From the NCBI GenBank assembly GCA_043818055.1, contig JBDRGF010000024.1, positions 1 to 38,752 of the forward strand: DNA of 38,752 nt, given 5' to 3'. The position numbers were made by a program, and so were the translations under genes. This DNA is from Pseudomonadota bacterium (GTDB lineage: Bacteria > UBA10199 > 2-02-FULL-44-16 > JBDRGF01). Under the pieces are notes generated by a model. It had not been told where the DNA came from and did no database searches. It saw nothing but the letters and a program-made list of their open reading frames with translations. Positions 1-9,339 of this stretch are shown here, in pieces. Position 1 is the first letter of the stretch; each line of letters begins with the position of its first letter.

Positions 1-1
1 T

Positions 2-289
2 GGTCAGTTGTGGAGCTATCGTACAGAGGGATGGGCCAGAGCATTTTTCGAGAGGTGGAAAGAGGGACTCAAGTGGCAGCGCCTCACGCCATACCGGAAA
101 TTTGCAGAAATGATAGAGCGTCATTGGGACGGGATCGCCTCGTATTGTCATCCGGAGAACAAGGTGAGCTTGGGTTTTGTAGAAGCGGTCAACAACAAGA
201 TACGGGTATTGCAGCGAAGCGCGTATGGTTACAGGGATGAGGAATATCTGGAACTCAAGGTTATCACATCTTTTTTGCCGCCGTTATGA
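2..289 (+). CDS. ISL3 family transposase, C-terminal part (5' partial)
   Basis: HWDGI...SLGFVEAVNNKIRVLQRSAYGYRDEEYLELK is the characteristic ISL3 transposase C-terminal motif. Confidence 0.9.
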   Translation, partial: GQLWSYRTEGWARAFFERWKEGLKWQRLTPYRKFAEMIERHWDGIASYCHPENKVSLGFVEAVNNKIRVLQRSAYGYRDEEYLELKVITSFLPPL

Positions 290-342
290 AGCGGTTTCTA
301 AAAAAAGCATTTTGTTAAAGAGCTAGTAAAGGGATGTAAGCA

Positions 343-407
343 GGGTTATCCACATTGCGCAGTGAAGGAACCGTAAAAGTTCCGTAACGTAGCATTGTGG
401 GTAACCC
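343..407. repeat. Imperfect inverted repeat with DnaA-box motifs in the stem
   Basis: GGGTTATCCACATTGC (343-358) pairs with GCATTGTGGGTAACCC (392-407); inner GGAAC/GTTCC stem; TTATCCACA at 346-354. Confidence 0.8.
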
Positions 408-508
408 GTCATATTGCGACAAATCCGGCAGATTCTCTCCGCTGACTTTTTGGCCACGACAAAGCATCGTTAAAAGTTCCATGTCATTTTGAAGTTTCTA
501 AAATGGAT

Positions 509-601
509 GAGATATCCACAAGAACGACACTGTGGATGCCGCAGTCGGAATCTTCAGGAATTCCTTGGTGCGGCTGCATTATAGGTTCTTGTGGATATCT
601 C
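509..601. repeat. Perfect 17-bp inverted repeat with DnaA-box-like motifs
   Basis: GAGATATCCACAAGAAC (509-525) / GTTCTTGTGGATATCTC (585-601); inner GCCGCA/TGCGGC stem. Confidence 0.85.
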
Positions 602-810
602 TCATCTTAAAGATCTGCATCTAAAATTCTTCTTTTATAAGCGCTTTTGCTGTTGAATAATTTTTGTATCGCCCTCACTCCTCGCAAATGACCCACTCAA
701 ATCGTCATTGAGCCCTTTTTTTGAACTTTACTGTTCAGCATCATCAAAAGGTAATTAATGCTTTCAAATTATGAATGATTTAAAAATGAAATTCTGATAT
801 ATCATCCCAC

Positions 811-3006
811 ATGAAACCGACAAATACAGCGAGACGATTTAATACATTTGGTGGAGTCTTCACGCCATGCGTACTGACAATTCTTGGCGTCATCATGTTC
901 ATGCGCTCCGGCTACGTGCTTGGCAACACTGGGCTTTGGGGAGCGCTCATAATCGTAGCACTTGCAAATGTGATAACGCTTCTGACCGCCCTCTCCCTTT
1001 CCGCCATATCGACAAATCTCGAGGTCGGTGGAGGTGGTGTCTATTTCATGATCTCCCGCGTACTCGGACCCTCTTATGGAGGAGCGATCGGCATCTCGCT
1101 TTTCTTCGCGCAGACGGTCTCCGTCGCCCTCTACATTATCGGTTTCACAGAAGCGCTCACAACTAGTTTCCCATTACTTCTCGCTTATAAAACGATCATC
1201 GCATCCGGCACATGTATTGCATTATACATAATAACGATGGTCGGGGCTGACTGGTCGATCCGCATCCAGTACTTCGTCCTTGGAATCCTTCTCGTTGCTG
1301 TCGCTTCGTTTATGATCGGAGGAATCATCCACTTCGATCCGGCTATACTCAACCAAAACTTAAAACTTAATCCCTCTACCCCTATCGGTTTCTGGATTGC
1401 ATTTGCTATCTTCTTTCCGGCCGTCACAGGCATCACTGCCGGCGCCAATATGTCGGGAGATCTCAAAGAACCGGGAAAGGCGATCCCGCTCGGAACACTC
1501 GCTGCAATCGGCATTACATTTCTTATATACTTAGCCCAGATGTTTGTGATGGCCGGATCGATATCGCAGGAAAATCTCATCTATCAGGGGTTTGAACTTC
1601 TCAAAAGCAATTCGCTCGTACCCTTATTTGTTATAGCCGGAGTTTTCGCGGCAACACTCTCCTCAGCAATGGGAAGTTTTTTGGGAGCGCCTCGCATCAT
1701 GCAGGCCTTGGCACGCGATCATATCTTCACGCTCTTCGATCCTCTTGGAAAGGGGAACGGATCGAATCAGGAACCGAGGCGCGCAATTACGCTTACATTC
1801 ATCATCGCCATGGTCTTCATCGTATTCGTCGAGCTTGATGTTGTAGCCAAGATAATAACCATGTTTTTCATGATCACATACGGAATGATGAACTTTTCAA
1901 CTTACTATGAAGGCTTCAGCCGCAATCCATCATTCAGGCCTACATTCCGATTTTTCCACTGGACTTCAGCTCTGCTCGGAACGCTTTTTTGCTTCGGCGT
2001 TATGCTGCTCATCAGCCTAAAATATGCGATTCTTGCACTGGTCATCTTTGCTATCATTTATAAATATGTCAGAAAAAAAGCTACAGAGAACAGATGGGGA
2101 AGTTCCGAGAGAGGATACCTCTTTGAGAAGACGAGGCGTGCGCTTTTAAAACTTGAAGAGACCAGCTTTCATGCGAAAAACTGGAGACCGCATATAGTCG
2201 TCTTCTCAACCAATCCGCGCACGCGATTCAACATGGTCAACTTCGCCGACTGGCTGGAATGCAAACATGGAATCTTAACCCTCGCGCAATTGATACCCGG
2301 CGAATTGAGCAAGATGCTACCGAAAAAAGAGGCGGCGTTAAAAGAGCTTAAAGAATTTATCAAGGAATATAAACTCGATGCATTCGCTGAAGTCGATATA
2401 GTATCTGAAGATTTTCTGTCGGGACTCGCAACCTTCCTGCAAAGCTATAGCATTGGAGGTCTTAAACCAAACACTGTACTCTTTGGGTTACCTGAAGATT
2501 CAAAGAAATCGATCCGATTTATGGAAATTCTCAATATCTGTCAGGAGCTCAAAAAAAATATTTTAATACTCTATACGCCAACTGTTCAAATCGACATCAA
2601 AAAGAGAAATAAGAGAATCGATATCTGGTGGGGAGGGACAAAGAATGGCAGCCTGATGGCTATATTCGCTTATCTCCTCTCTCAGAATCAGGAATGGACA
2701 AATGCTGAAATCAGGTTCTTAAGAATCGTATCCGAAGAAAAGAACAAACAGGAAGCTCAAGCGCTGTTTGATAAAATCATAAAGCGCTCCCGCATAGATG
2801 CTAAAGCTCAGGTATTCACCGGCGCTGATACGCCATGGGATGTCATACTCAGAGAATCTGCAAATTCTGATCTGATATTGATGGGAATGCAGATCCCGGA
2901 AACCGGACAGGCCGAACAATATCTGAGTGAAACAGCGAAATTCGTGGAACAATTGCCAACCACCCTCTTCGTCAATTCGACAGGAGAGGCGGATATATTT
3001 GCTTAA
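811..3006 (+). CDS. Amino acid permease / SLC12A-like cation-chloride cotransporter
   Basis: FGGVFTPCVLTILGVIMFMR, GGGVYFMISRVLG, FFPAVTGITAGANMSGDLK, KNWRP, GGLKPNTV and IDIWW motifs; multi-TM N-terminus plus cytoplasmic C-domain. Confidence 0.9.
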   Translation: MKPTNTARRFNTFGGVFTPCVLTILGVIMFMRSGYVLGNTGLWGALIIVALANVITLLTALSLSAISTNLEVGGGGVYFMISRVLGPSYGGAIGISLFFAQTVSVALYIIGFTEALTTSFPLLLAYKTIIASGTCIALYIITMVGADWSIRIQYFVLGILLVAVASFMIGGIIHFDPAILNQNLKLNPSTPIGFWIAFAIFFPAVTGITAGANMSGDLKEPGKAIPLGTLAAIGITFLIYLAQMFVMAGSISQENLIYQGFELLKSNSLVPLFVIAGVFAATLSSAMGSFLGAPRIMQALARDHIFTLFDPLGKGNGSNQEPRRAITLTFIIAMVFIVFVELDVVAKIITMFFMITYGMMNFSTYYEGFSRNPSFRPTFRFFHWTSALLGTLFCFGVMLLISLKYAILALVIFAIIYKYVRKKATENRWGSSERGYLFEKTRRALLKLEETSFHAKNWRPHIVVFSTNPRTRFNMVNFADWLECKHGILTLAQLIPGELSKMLPKKEAALKELKEFIKEYKLDAFAEVDIVSEDFLSGLATFLQSYSIGGLKPNTVLFGLPEDSKKSIRFMEILNICQELKKNILILYTPTVQIDIKKRNKRIDIWWGGTKNGSLMAIFAYLLSQNQEWTNAEIRFLRIVSEEKNKQEAQALFDKIIKRSRIDAKAQVFTGADTPWDVILRESANSDLILMGMQIPETGQAEQYLSETAKFVEQLPTTLFVNSTGEADIFA

Positions 3007-3010
3007 ATAC

Positions 3011-3050
3011 AGTGTAGGAGTGTTTGAGTGTAGAAGTGTTTAAGTTTTGT
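3011..3050. repeat. Degenerate 8-bp tandem repeat, about 5 units
   Basis: AGTGTAGG AGTGTTTG AGTGTAGA AGTGTTTA AGTTTTGT between convergent genes. Confidence 0.6.
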
Positions 3051-3072
3051 AATTCCTTAATACAAATACAAT

Positions 3073-3414
3073 TTATACGCTTCTTACTGTGCGGCCGTAG
3101 CGGCGGCGGAACATCTTTTGGCGGGAGTGGGTGCTTTGAGAGGTCGTTCTGAAGCTGTCGTCAATGCTGTTTTCGTCTGCGCATTGCAAACACAACCAGT
3201 TGCCTCTGATTAAACGGTTTCTATGATTATAGCGCTCCACATCGGGAGCGGTCTTCTGGCAGTTCTCGCAGATCGTCTGGATGTGTTCCTTTTTGATTGC
3301 GGCATCGGATTTCTTGAGAAGACTCTTGGTCGCCTTTTCACGTTTATCCTCTTTTGTCTCGTACTTCACGGGATTGATGCCGGCTTTCATAAATGCGTCT
3401 TTTAATTGCTTCAT
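3073..3414 (-). CDS. Hypothetical basic protein with a putative zinc ribbon
   Basis: 113-aa ORF with CENC...CLQC and a K/R-rich composition. Confidence 0.7.
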   Translation of the reverse strand: MKQLKDAFMKAGINPVKYETKEDKREKATKSLLKKSDAAIKKEHIQTICENCQKTAPDVERYNHRNRLIRGNWLCLQCADENSIDDSFRTTSQSTHSRQKMFRRRYGRTVRSV

Positions 3415-3458
3415 ATGCGCCGTTTAGTCGATTTGGTAAAAAAGTCAATGCTATTCGC

Positions 3459-4334
3459 CTATTTCGATTCGATCTCAAACTTCTCCTCAAGCCTAACAGG
3501 ATAGTATGACAGCTTTGATTTTCTTAAGCCTGCTATTCCCATATCCTGCTCAAGATTGATAAATTTGAAAGAGCTAAAGTCCTCTTGGCAGGCCTTTGTC
3601 AAAAGGTACTGGGATACTCCCGGATAGTCCGGGTGAAAATAGAATAATGGGACTGTGACAACATCGTCATTCAGAATAGATCCTGTTATGAAAGCAATGC
3701 ATTCACCCTTATTGAAAACAGCCGAACCTGACAAACCATATTCATGAAAGTACTTAAAACAATCTTTCAACACGAAGCGCTGAAAGAAATGGGAGATGCC
3801 GACATCCCTGCTGTTTGCTTTGTGAGACCAGATGTCGAAAAGGGAAAGGACATCATTCATATGCTTTTTTTTGAGTTCAACAACTTCACAATCAGGATGC
3901 TTTTTGAAAAATTTACCTATGTGATTTCGTTTACCATCAAATTTTCTTCCTTTAAGCTCTGAGAGCTCCAATGTTGAATATACATAATCAAACTCATCGC
4001 GAAGTTTTATAATATTATATTTTTCACTTTCAATATTTGAAACAAACCCCTTTGAAGCGCAAAATATTTTATCACAATTTCTTAGACAAAGATCTAATGT
4101 CTCTTCGATTCGGTGATCTCCTAACGGTTCATAAAAATAGTTTTGCCCGTCGAGGGTAGATATTTTGAGACACAAATTATCATTTATAATAGTATAGCTG
4201 AAAAATTTACGCCACATCATGATATTTGTAAGCGAGAGTTCACAAATTGTGCGAGGTGCATTTTCAAGATAGCCCCTTACAAGATCAAGATCATCGATCG
4301 TAAGAAGTTTAAAGAGCGGATACTTAGCTTTCAT
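3459..4334 (-). CDS. DUF2156 / phosphatidylglycerol lysyltransferase C-terminal-like protein
   Basis: DYVY...LKGRKFDGKRNHI and INLEQDMGIAGLRKSKLSYYP motifs. Confidence 0.85.
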   Translation of the reverse strand: MKAKYPLFKLLTIDDLDLVRGYLENAPRTICELSLTNIMMWRKFFSYTIINDNLCLKISTLDGQNYFYEPLGDHRIEETLDLCLRNCDKIFCASKGFVSNIESEKYNIIKLRDEFDYVYSTLELSELKGRKFDGKRNHIGKFFKKHPDCEVVELKKKHMNDVLSLFDIWSHKANSRDVGISHFFQRFVLKDCFKYFHEYGLSGSAVFNKGECIAFITGSILNDDVVTVPLFYFHPDYPGVSQYLLTKACQEDFSSFKFINLEQDMGIAGLRKSKLSYYPVRLEEKFEIESK

Positions 4335-4335
4335 A

Positions 4336-4740
4336 TTATCGTCTCACCATACACACGCATTTATTGGGTATGCAATCTTTGCATCCAAACTGTTCTCTCG
4401 CGGGAAGTTTAGGGTCAAAATTGACAACCTCAAAACTGACTCTTCTGAAAAAATCAGGGATGATCGTATAAAGATATACAGACTTATCCGTTTTATCCAA
4501 GAGCATCTTAATAAACCCGATCCCCAATCCTCTATTTCGCATATGCTTTGCAACACCCAGATAGCTCATAAAATGATATTCGTCAAAACATTGAACCTTC
4601 GCAACACCTACGATTTCCTTTTCAAATTTCACAACCCAAAAATCACCCTCCTCAATAGTAACGCTTGGAAAATTGAGCTCTTCGAGAAGGTTTTTAACAC
4701 CTTCATAATCAACCTCATTTGCTTTTTCGTATTTGATCAT
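4336..4740 (-). CDS. GNAT family N-acetyltransferase
   Basis: LGVAKHMRNRGLG acetyl-CoA motif A, YLYTIIPDFF, Cys-rich C-terminus; ATGA overlap with the cusA-like stop. Confidence 0.85.
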   Translation of the reverse strand: MIKYEKANEVDYEGVKNLLEELNFPSVTIEEGDFWVVKFEKEIVGVAKVQCFDEYHFMSYLGVAKHMRNRGLGIGFIKMLLDKTDKSVYLYTIIPDFFRRVSFEVVNFDPKLPAREQFGCKDCIPNKCVCMVRR

Positions 4741-7700
4741 GAGATGGTTTTACTTCTTTTTTTGATTTTTCTCTCCTCTAACCACGCATACAACACAGGG
4801 ACAAGAATAAGATTGGAAAGTGTAGCTGTCAAGAGCCCTCCTACTGTGGGGGATGCCATCGGCTTCATTATTTCCGATCCCGTGCCAGTTGAAAACATCA
4901 CTGCCATGAGGGCGATGATGGTTGTCGCTGAGGTCATCATAGCAGGCCTCACTCTCAGAAGAACACCGTCCAGCACCGTTTTCCTGATATCCTCTATTGT
5001 TTTTGGCACCCTCTTTTTGAACAGGTCGTCGAGGCACGACAAGAGCACGACCGCATTGTCTGTCGCAACTCCGAAGAGCGCGATGAAGCCCACCCAGACC
5101 ACAGTTGAAAATCTGTAGTTGAGCAGAAAAAGCAGTATGATGCCTCCCATGAGCGACACAGGAATCCCTGAAGCAAGAATGAGGAGGCTGCTGAACTTTT
5201 TGAAAGCCATGTAGAGCAGAATCATTATCACAGCCAGAGAGATGATGAGCGAGGGGATCAGCCTTGCCCTTGATTCCATCTCAGATTCAAATTGTCCCGA
5301 CCAGGAGATGTAATAACCGGTCGGTAGCACCAGCTTTCCATCGTCGATCTGTTCCTTCACGGCTTTCTTAGCATCCTTAACAAAATCGATGAGGCCTATT
5401 TTAGACTGATCGACGTTGACGAATATCCTTCCATACGTGAGCGTATTCTCTGCATTTATGACAGCGGGGCCTGAGACCTTTTTGAGGGTTGAAATTTGAG
5501 CCAGAGGTATGTGAGAACCATCCGATGTCGGCACAAATATTCTCCCCAGAGCCTCTGGGCTGTCGCGCAACTCCCGCATGTATCGTACCCGAACCGGATA
5601 TCGTTCCCTTCCCTCAACTGTCGTGGTCAGGTTCATGCCACCGATGGCGGTCATGATGACAGCCTGAATATCGTCTACCTTTATTCCGTAACGCGCCGCC
5701 TTTTCTCTATCGATCTCAATTTCAAAGTAGGGTCGGTTTGAGACTCGCTCAGCATATGGACTCACTGCACCTTTTACGTCGCTTACTATCTTTTCGATCT
5801 GGGTCGCAATTTCGACGATCTTATTGAGATCGGGACCGAAGACTTTTATGCCAACAGGTGTCTGAATGCCTGTAGCCAACATATCGATGCGATTTCGTAT
5901 CGGCTGCGTCATGATCGGGCTGACACCGGGCATTCGAGTCTTCTCCTGTATCTCATGAATCAACTTCTCTCTCGTCATTCCCTTGCGCCAGTGTTTTTCG
6001 TCCTTAAGATGAATGATCGACTCGATCATGACCACAGGGGCAGGATCGGTCGCAGTCTCCGCGCGTCCCAATTTTCCAACGACCCATTCCACTTCCGGAA
6101 ATTCATTTTTGATGATCACGTCCTGTTTCTTCATCACATCCATCACCTGAGTTAGCGACGCCCCGGGCAACAAGACCGGCATAAAGAGAAGATCTCCCTC
6201 GTTAAGAGGGGGCATGAATTCCTGCTTCATCAATGAGCCGAAGAGAAGACCTGTTGCAAGAATAGATATTGCAATGATAACGACTGAGGCCTTGTGCTTC
6301 AATGACCATATGACTGTAGGTTTGAATACTTTATAAAGCGCTCTCGCTGTCCTGTTATCTTCAACAGGTCTTAGCTTCCCTCGCAAGAGGTAGTAACAGA
6401 GCGTCGGAAGCAGGACTAAAGCGATCACGGCAGCGCCCATCATCGCGAAGGTCTTCGTGAAGGCAAGAGGCCTGAAGAGTCTTCCTGCCTGTCCGGTGAG
6501 GACGAAAACGGGAATAAAACCAACTATGGTCGTGAGAAGGGCAAAAAGAACCGGCTTGCCCACCTCCTGAGCTCCGCTGATGCATGTTTCCAATCTTTCT
6601 TTGGAACTCAATTTTTCCGAACCTGTTTCCTTTCTTCTTGTAGTCAGACGCCTGTAGATATTTTCTACCAATACGCAGCCCGAATCGACCATGACACCGA
6701 TGGCGATAGCGATTCCTCCAAGCGACATGATGTTGGCATCGACCCCGATGAGGCGCATCAGAATAAACGCGATCAGAATTCCGATCGGCAAGACTATTGA
6801 GATGACAACGCTCCCCCAAACATGAAGCAGGAATACGACTATCACAAATACTGTGATAATGATTTCTTCAATCAACGCAGTTTCAAGCGTTTTGATGGAT
6901 CTATGAATGAGGCCGGTCCTGTCATAGAAGGGAATTATTTTTACGCCCTCAGGCAATCCCACGGATAATTCAGTTATCTTTTTCTTCACCCGCTCGATAA
7001 CCTGCAGCGGATTTTCGCCGTAGCGCATCAGGACAACGCCGCCTGTAACCTCGCGACCTTCTTTATCCAACGCATTTCTTCTGAACTCAGGGCCGACTGT
7101 CACCGTTGCAATGTTCCTGACATAGATTGGAACGCCGCCCTTTGCTCCGATCACGATATTTTCAATATCGGAAGAATTCTTGATAAACCCTACACCGCGA
7201 ACGATGAACTCAGCCCCACCCTCTTCAAAGACCTTTGCGCCGACATCTATATTCGATTTTTGAACGGCATCGATCACCGCATTCAATTTTATGTCATGGG
7301 CGATGAGCTTGTCGGGATCGACATCTATCTGATACTGTTTGACGTAGCCGCCCACAGATGCGACTTCAGAGACACCTTCGACAGAGGTGAGTTGATAGCG
7401 AACATACCAATCCTGTATAGACCTCAAATCTGCGAGGTCGTAATCATCACCTTCGACGGTGTACCAAAATAATTGTCCCAAAGCTGTGGCATCCGGTCCC
7501 AACGTAACCGTCGCACCATCCGGCAGACCCTTCTTGGCAAAATCGAGCCGCTCTAGAACGCGCGTCCTTGCCCAGTAGTAATCGGTATCATCTTTGAAGA
7601 TCATATTGACGAGGCCAAAACCAAACGCGGATGAAGACCTGACGACCTTCACTTTTGGAGTTCCCATAAGGCCGGTTGTAAGCGGATATATAACCTGATC

Positions 7701-7886
7701 CTCAACATCCTTTGGACTGCGTCCCGGCCAATCCGCATAGACTAAGACCTGCAGCTCGCCGATATCCGGAATCGCATCGACAGGGGTCTTTATCATTGCA
7801 AAATATCCCCAGACGATAATCAACATGAAAGTAGCTATCACTAAAAACCTGTTCCTAAGACAGAGCTCGATAACTTTATTGATCAT
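4737..7886 (-). CDS. cusA: CusA/CzcA heavy-metal efflux RND permease (Cu/Ag type)
   Basis: 1049 aa; PVDAIPD, GPDATALG, NIMSLGGIAIAIG, EFMPPLNEG, IDMLATG motifs. Confidence 0.92.
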   Translation of the reverse strand: MINKVIELCLRNRFLVIATFMLIIVWGYFAMIKTPVDAIPDIGELQVLVYADWPGRSPKDVEDQVIYPLTTGLMGTPKVKVVRSSSAFGFGLVNMIFKDDTDYYWARTRVLERLDFAKKGLPDGATVTLGPDATALGQLFWYTVEGDDYDLADLRSIQDWYVRYQLTSVEGVSEVASVGGYVKQYQIDVDPDKLIAHDIKLNAVIDAVQKSNIDVGAKVFEEGGAEFIVRGVGFIKNSSDIENIVIGAKGGVPIYVRNIATVTVGPEFRRNALDKEGREVTGGVVLMRYGENPLQVIERVKKKITELSVGLPEGVKIIPFYDRTGLIHRSIKTLETALIEEIIITVFVIVVFLLHVWGSVVISIVLPIGILIAFILMRLIGVDANIMSLGGIAIAIGVMVDSGCVLVENIYRRLTTRRKETGSEKLSSKERLETCISGAQEVGKPVLFALLTTIVGFIPVFVLTGQAGRLFRPLAFTKTFAMMGAAVIALVLLPTLCYYLLRGKLRPVEDNRTARALYKVFKPTVIWSLKHKASVVIIAISILATGLLFGSLMKQEFMPPLNEGDLLFMPVLLPGASLTQVMDVMKKQDVIIKNEFPEVEWVVGKLGRAETATDPAPVVMIESIIHLKDEKHWRKGMTREKLIHEIQEKTRMPGVSPIMTQPIRNRIDMLATGIQTPVGIKVFGPDLNKIVEIATQIEKIVSDVKGAVSPYAERVSNRPYFEIEIDREKAARYGIKVDDIQAVIMTAIGGMNLTTTVEGRERYPVRVRYMRELRDSPEALGRIFVPTSDGSHIPLAQISTLKKVSGPAVINAENTLTYGRIFVNVDQSKIGLIDFVKDAKKAVKEQIDDGKLVLPTGYYISWSGQFESEMESRARLIPSLIISLAVIMILLYMAFKKFSSLLILASGIPVSLMGGIILLFLLNYRFSTVVWVGFIALFGVATDNAVVLLSCLDDLFKKRVPKTIEDIRKTVLDGVLLRVRPAMMTSATTIIALMAVMFSTGTGSEIMKPMASPTVGGLLTATLSNLILVPVLYAWLEERKIKKRSKTIS

Positions 7887-7904
7887 AAATTTCTCCGAAA
7901 ATTA

Positions 7905-9329
7905 TCAGTGATTGTGAACAGGAGCCGTCGTTTCGTCCTGTTTATCGCTGTCGGGCTTTCCCTCAGAACCCAATGCGCCACCGTAAGCGGATGCCGCTGT
8001 GCCCGATATCTGACTCTGTGAATCTATTAAAAAGTTGGCCTTCGTCACCACCATCTCCCCTTCCCTTGCACCTTTTAGCACGGGGTAATACTTGTTCGCT
8101 TTCCCATCTATTATGGATACCGCCTCAGGACCGATCGCGATCTCGCGGCCTTCATAAGTGCCGTTACCCTTATCAAACCATACAATCTTTCTCATACCTG
8201 TATCCAAAACAGAATCCTTCGGAATGGCCAACACCTCTCCATCATCCGAATCGGAGTAATTACTTTTGACAACGATATCGACATACATATCCGGTTTCAG
8301 TTTTAATTCCTTATTATCGACCTCGGCCCTGAATTTTAGAGATCTGGTCTTCGGATCGAGCACAGGATTAATAGATGACACTGTTCCTTCAAACTCCTCT
8401 CCGGGAAGGGCTACGGTTGTGATCTTTACAGTCTCCCCCGGTTTTAGCCAGCTCTGTTCATATTCGTAAATGTCACCGTAGATCCACATCTTCTCTTCCG
8501 GCAAGATAAGGCTGGTATGAATTTTGTGCGTCTTCCTCAAGTTCTCAATCTGATCGTCACCAAGCCCCAACAGCTTAAGTTTTCTCTTTGCAGATTCTAC
8601 CAGCTCCTGAGATCGAGCTGTGATTTCTGAGATGCCTGAGTGTCTAATTTTATCGAGCGCTTTAATGGACGAAACATACTCCTCTTCAGCAACGGCGAGT
8701 TCGGGATCATAGGCTACCCTCCCGACAGTCCGTATCTCTTTGAAAAGATTGAGTCTCCTCACAGGCTCGATCCTGACACCTGCAAGCCTGGCCTCTTCCC
8801 CTTTGATCTCAACTCTGCCGGCAACTCCCCGCAGCTTATCGGCCTCAGCCTTTGATATTTTTTTTAATGGCATTCCGCAGATAGGACATTTCATTCCCGG
8901 CACACCTTTTATGGAGAAGACATGCTCTTCGCCCTCCATGCCACAACCGTAATAACTATCGTCGCTTTGAGGTTCTTCATACACGGGTACGTAATCCATC
9001 CCCATCTCATCTTTTGCTGGAACGCTCGAAGTTATAGCCGGGTTCATGGGGTTTCGATAAAACAGAATCTTCTTATCGGCTCCCTGCTCTTTTGTTTCCT
9101 TGTACACGGGAATTAGTTTCATATTGCAGATGGGACAGTTGACATTCCCCTTCTCATATTCCTCTGGAGAGATCCGAACACTCGGATGCATCCCGCAAGT
9201 GTAATAGAGGATATTGTTTTCAGATGCTGCATGATCGTGTCCGCAACCCCTGAAAGAAAAAAACAGAACAACAGCGATGATAACAACAAGGAAAAGCACT
9301 CCGATTAAATACATTCTTTTTCCAGACAT
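7905..9329 (-). CDS. cusB: CusB-like RND periplasmic adaptor with heavy-metal-binding domains
   Basis: YTCGMHP..CPICNMKL, YRNPMNP..KDEMGMDYVP and CPICGMPL motifs plus MFP core; start moved to ATG 9329 after AGGAGG. Confidence 0.88.
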   Translation of the reverse strand: MSGKRMYLIGVLFLVVIIAVVLFFSFRGCGHDHAASENNILYYTCGMHPSVRISPEEYEKGNVNCPICNMKLIPVYKETKEQGADKKILFYRNPMNPAITSSVPAKDEMGMDYVPVYEEPQSDDSYYGCGMEGEEHVFSIKGVPGMKCPICGMPLKKISKAEADKLRGVAGRVEIKGEEARLAGVRIEPVRRLNLFKEIRTVGRVAYDPELAVAEEEYVSSIKALDKIRHSGISEITARSQELVESAKRKLKLLGLGDDQIENLRKTHKIHTSLILPEEKMWIYGDIYEYEQSWLKPGETVKITTVALPGEEFEGTVSSINPVLDPKTRSLKFRAEVDNKELKLKPDMYVDIVVKSNYSDSDDGEVLAIPKDSVLDTGMRKIVWFDKGNGTYEGREIAIGPEAVSIIDGKANKYYPVLKGAREGEMVVTKANFLIDSQSQISGTAASAYGGALGSEGKPDSDKQDETTAPVHNH

Positions 9330-9339
9330 TGTATCCTCC

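Larger units (their letters stand above)
1..714 (+). mobile_element. ISL3-family insertion sequence, right part (5' end outside window)
   Basis: ISL3 transposase C-terminus, then a terminal sequence ACCCACTCAAATCGTCATTGAGCC (691-714) with the ISL3-type ...GAGCC end, followed by a T-rich target. Confidence 0.8.

Noticed and set aside
343..601. Chromosomal oriC suggested by clustered DnaA boxes
   Set aside because: The boxes lie inside the apparent IS boundaries and are paired in hairpin stems; no dnaA, dnaN or gidA context
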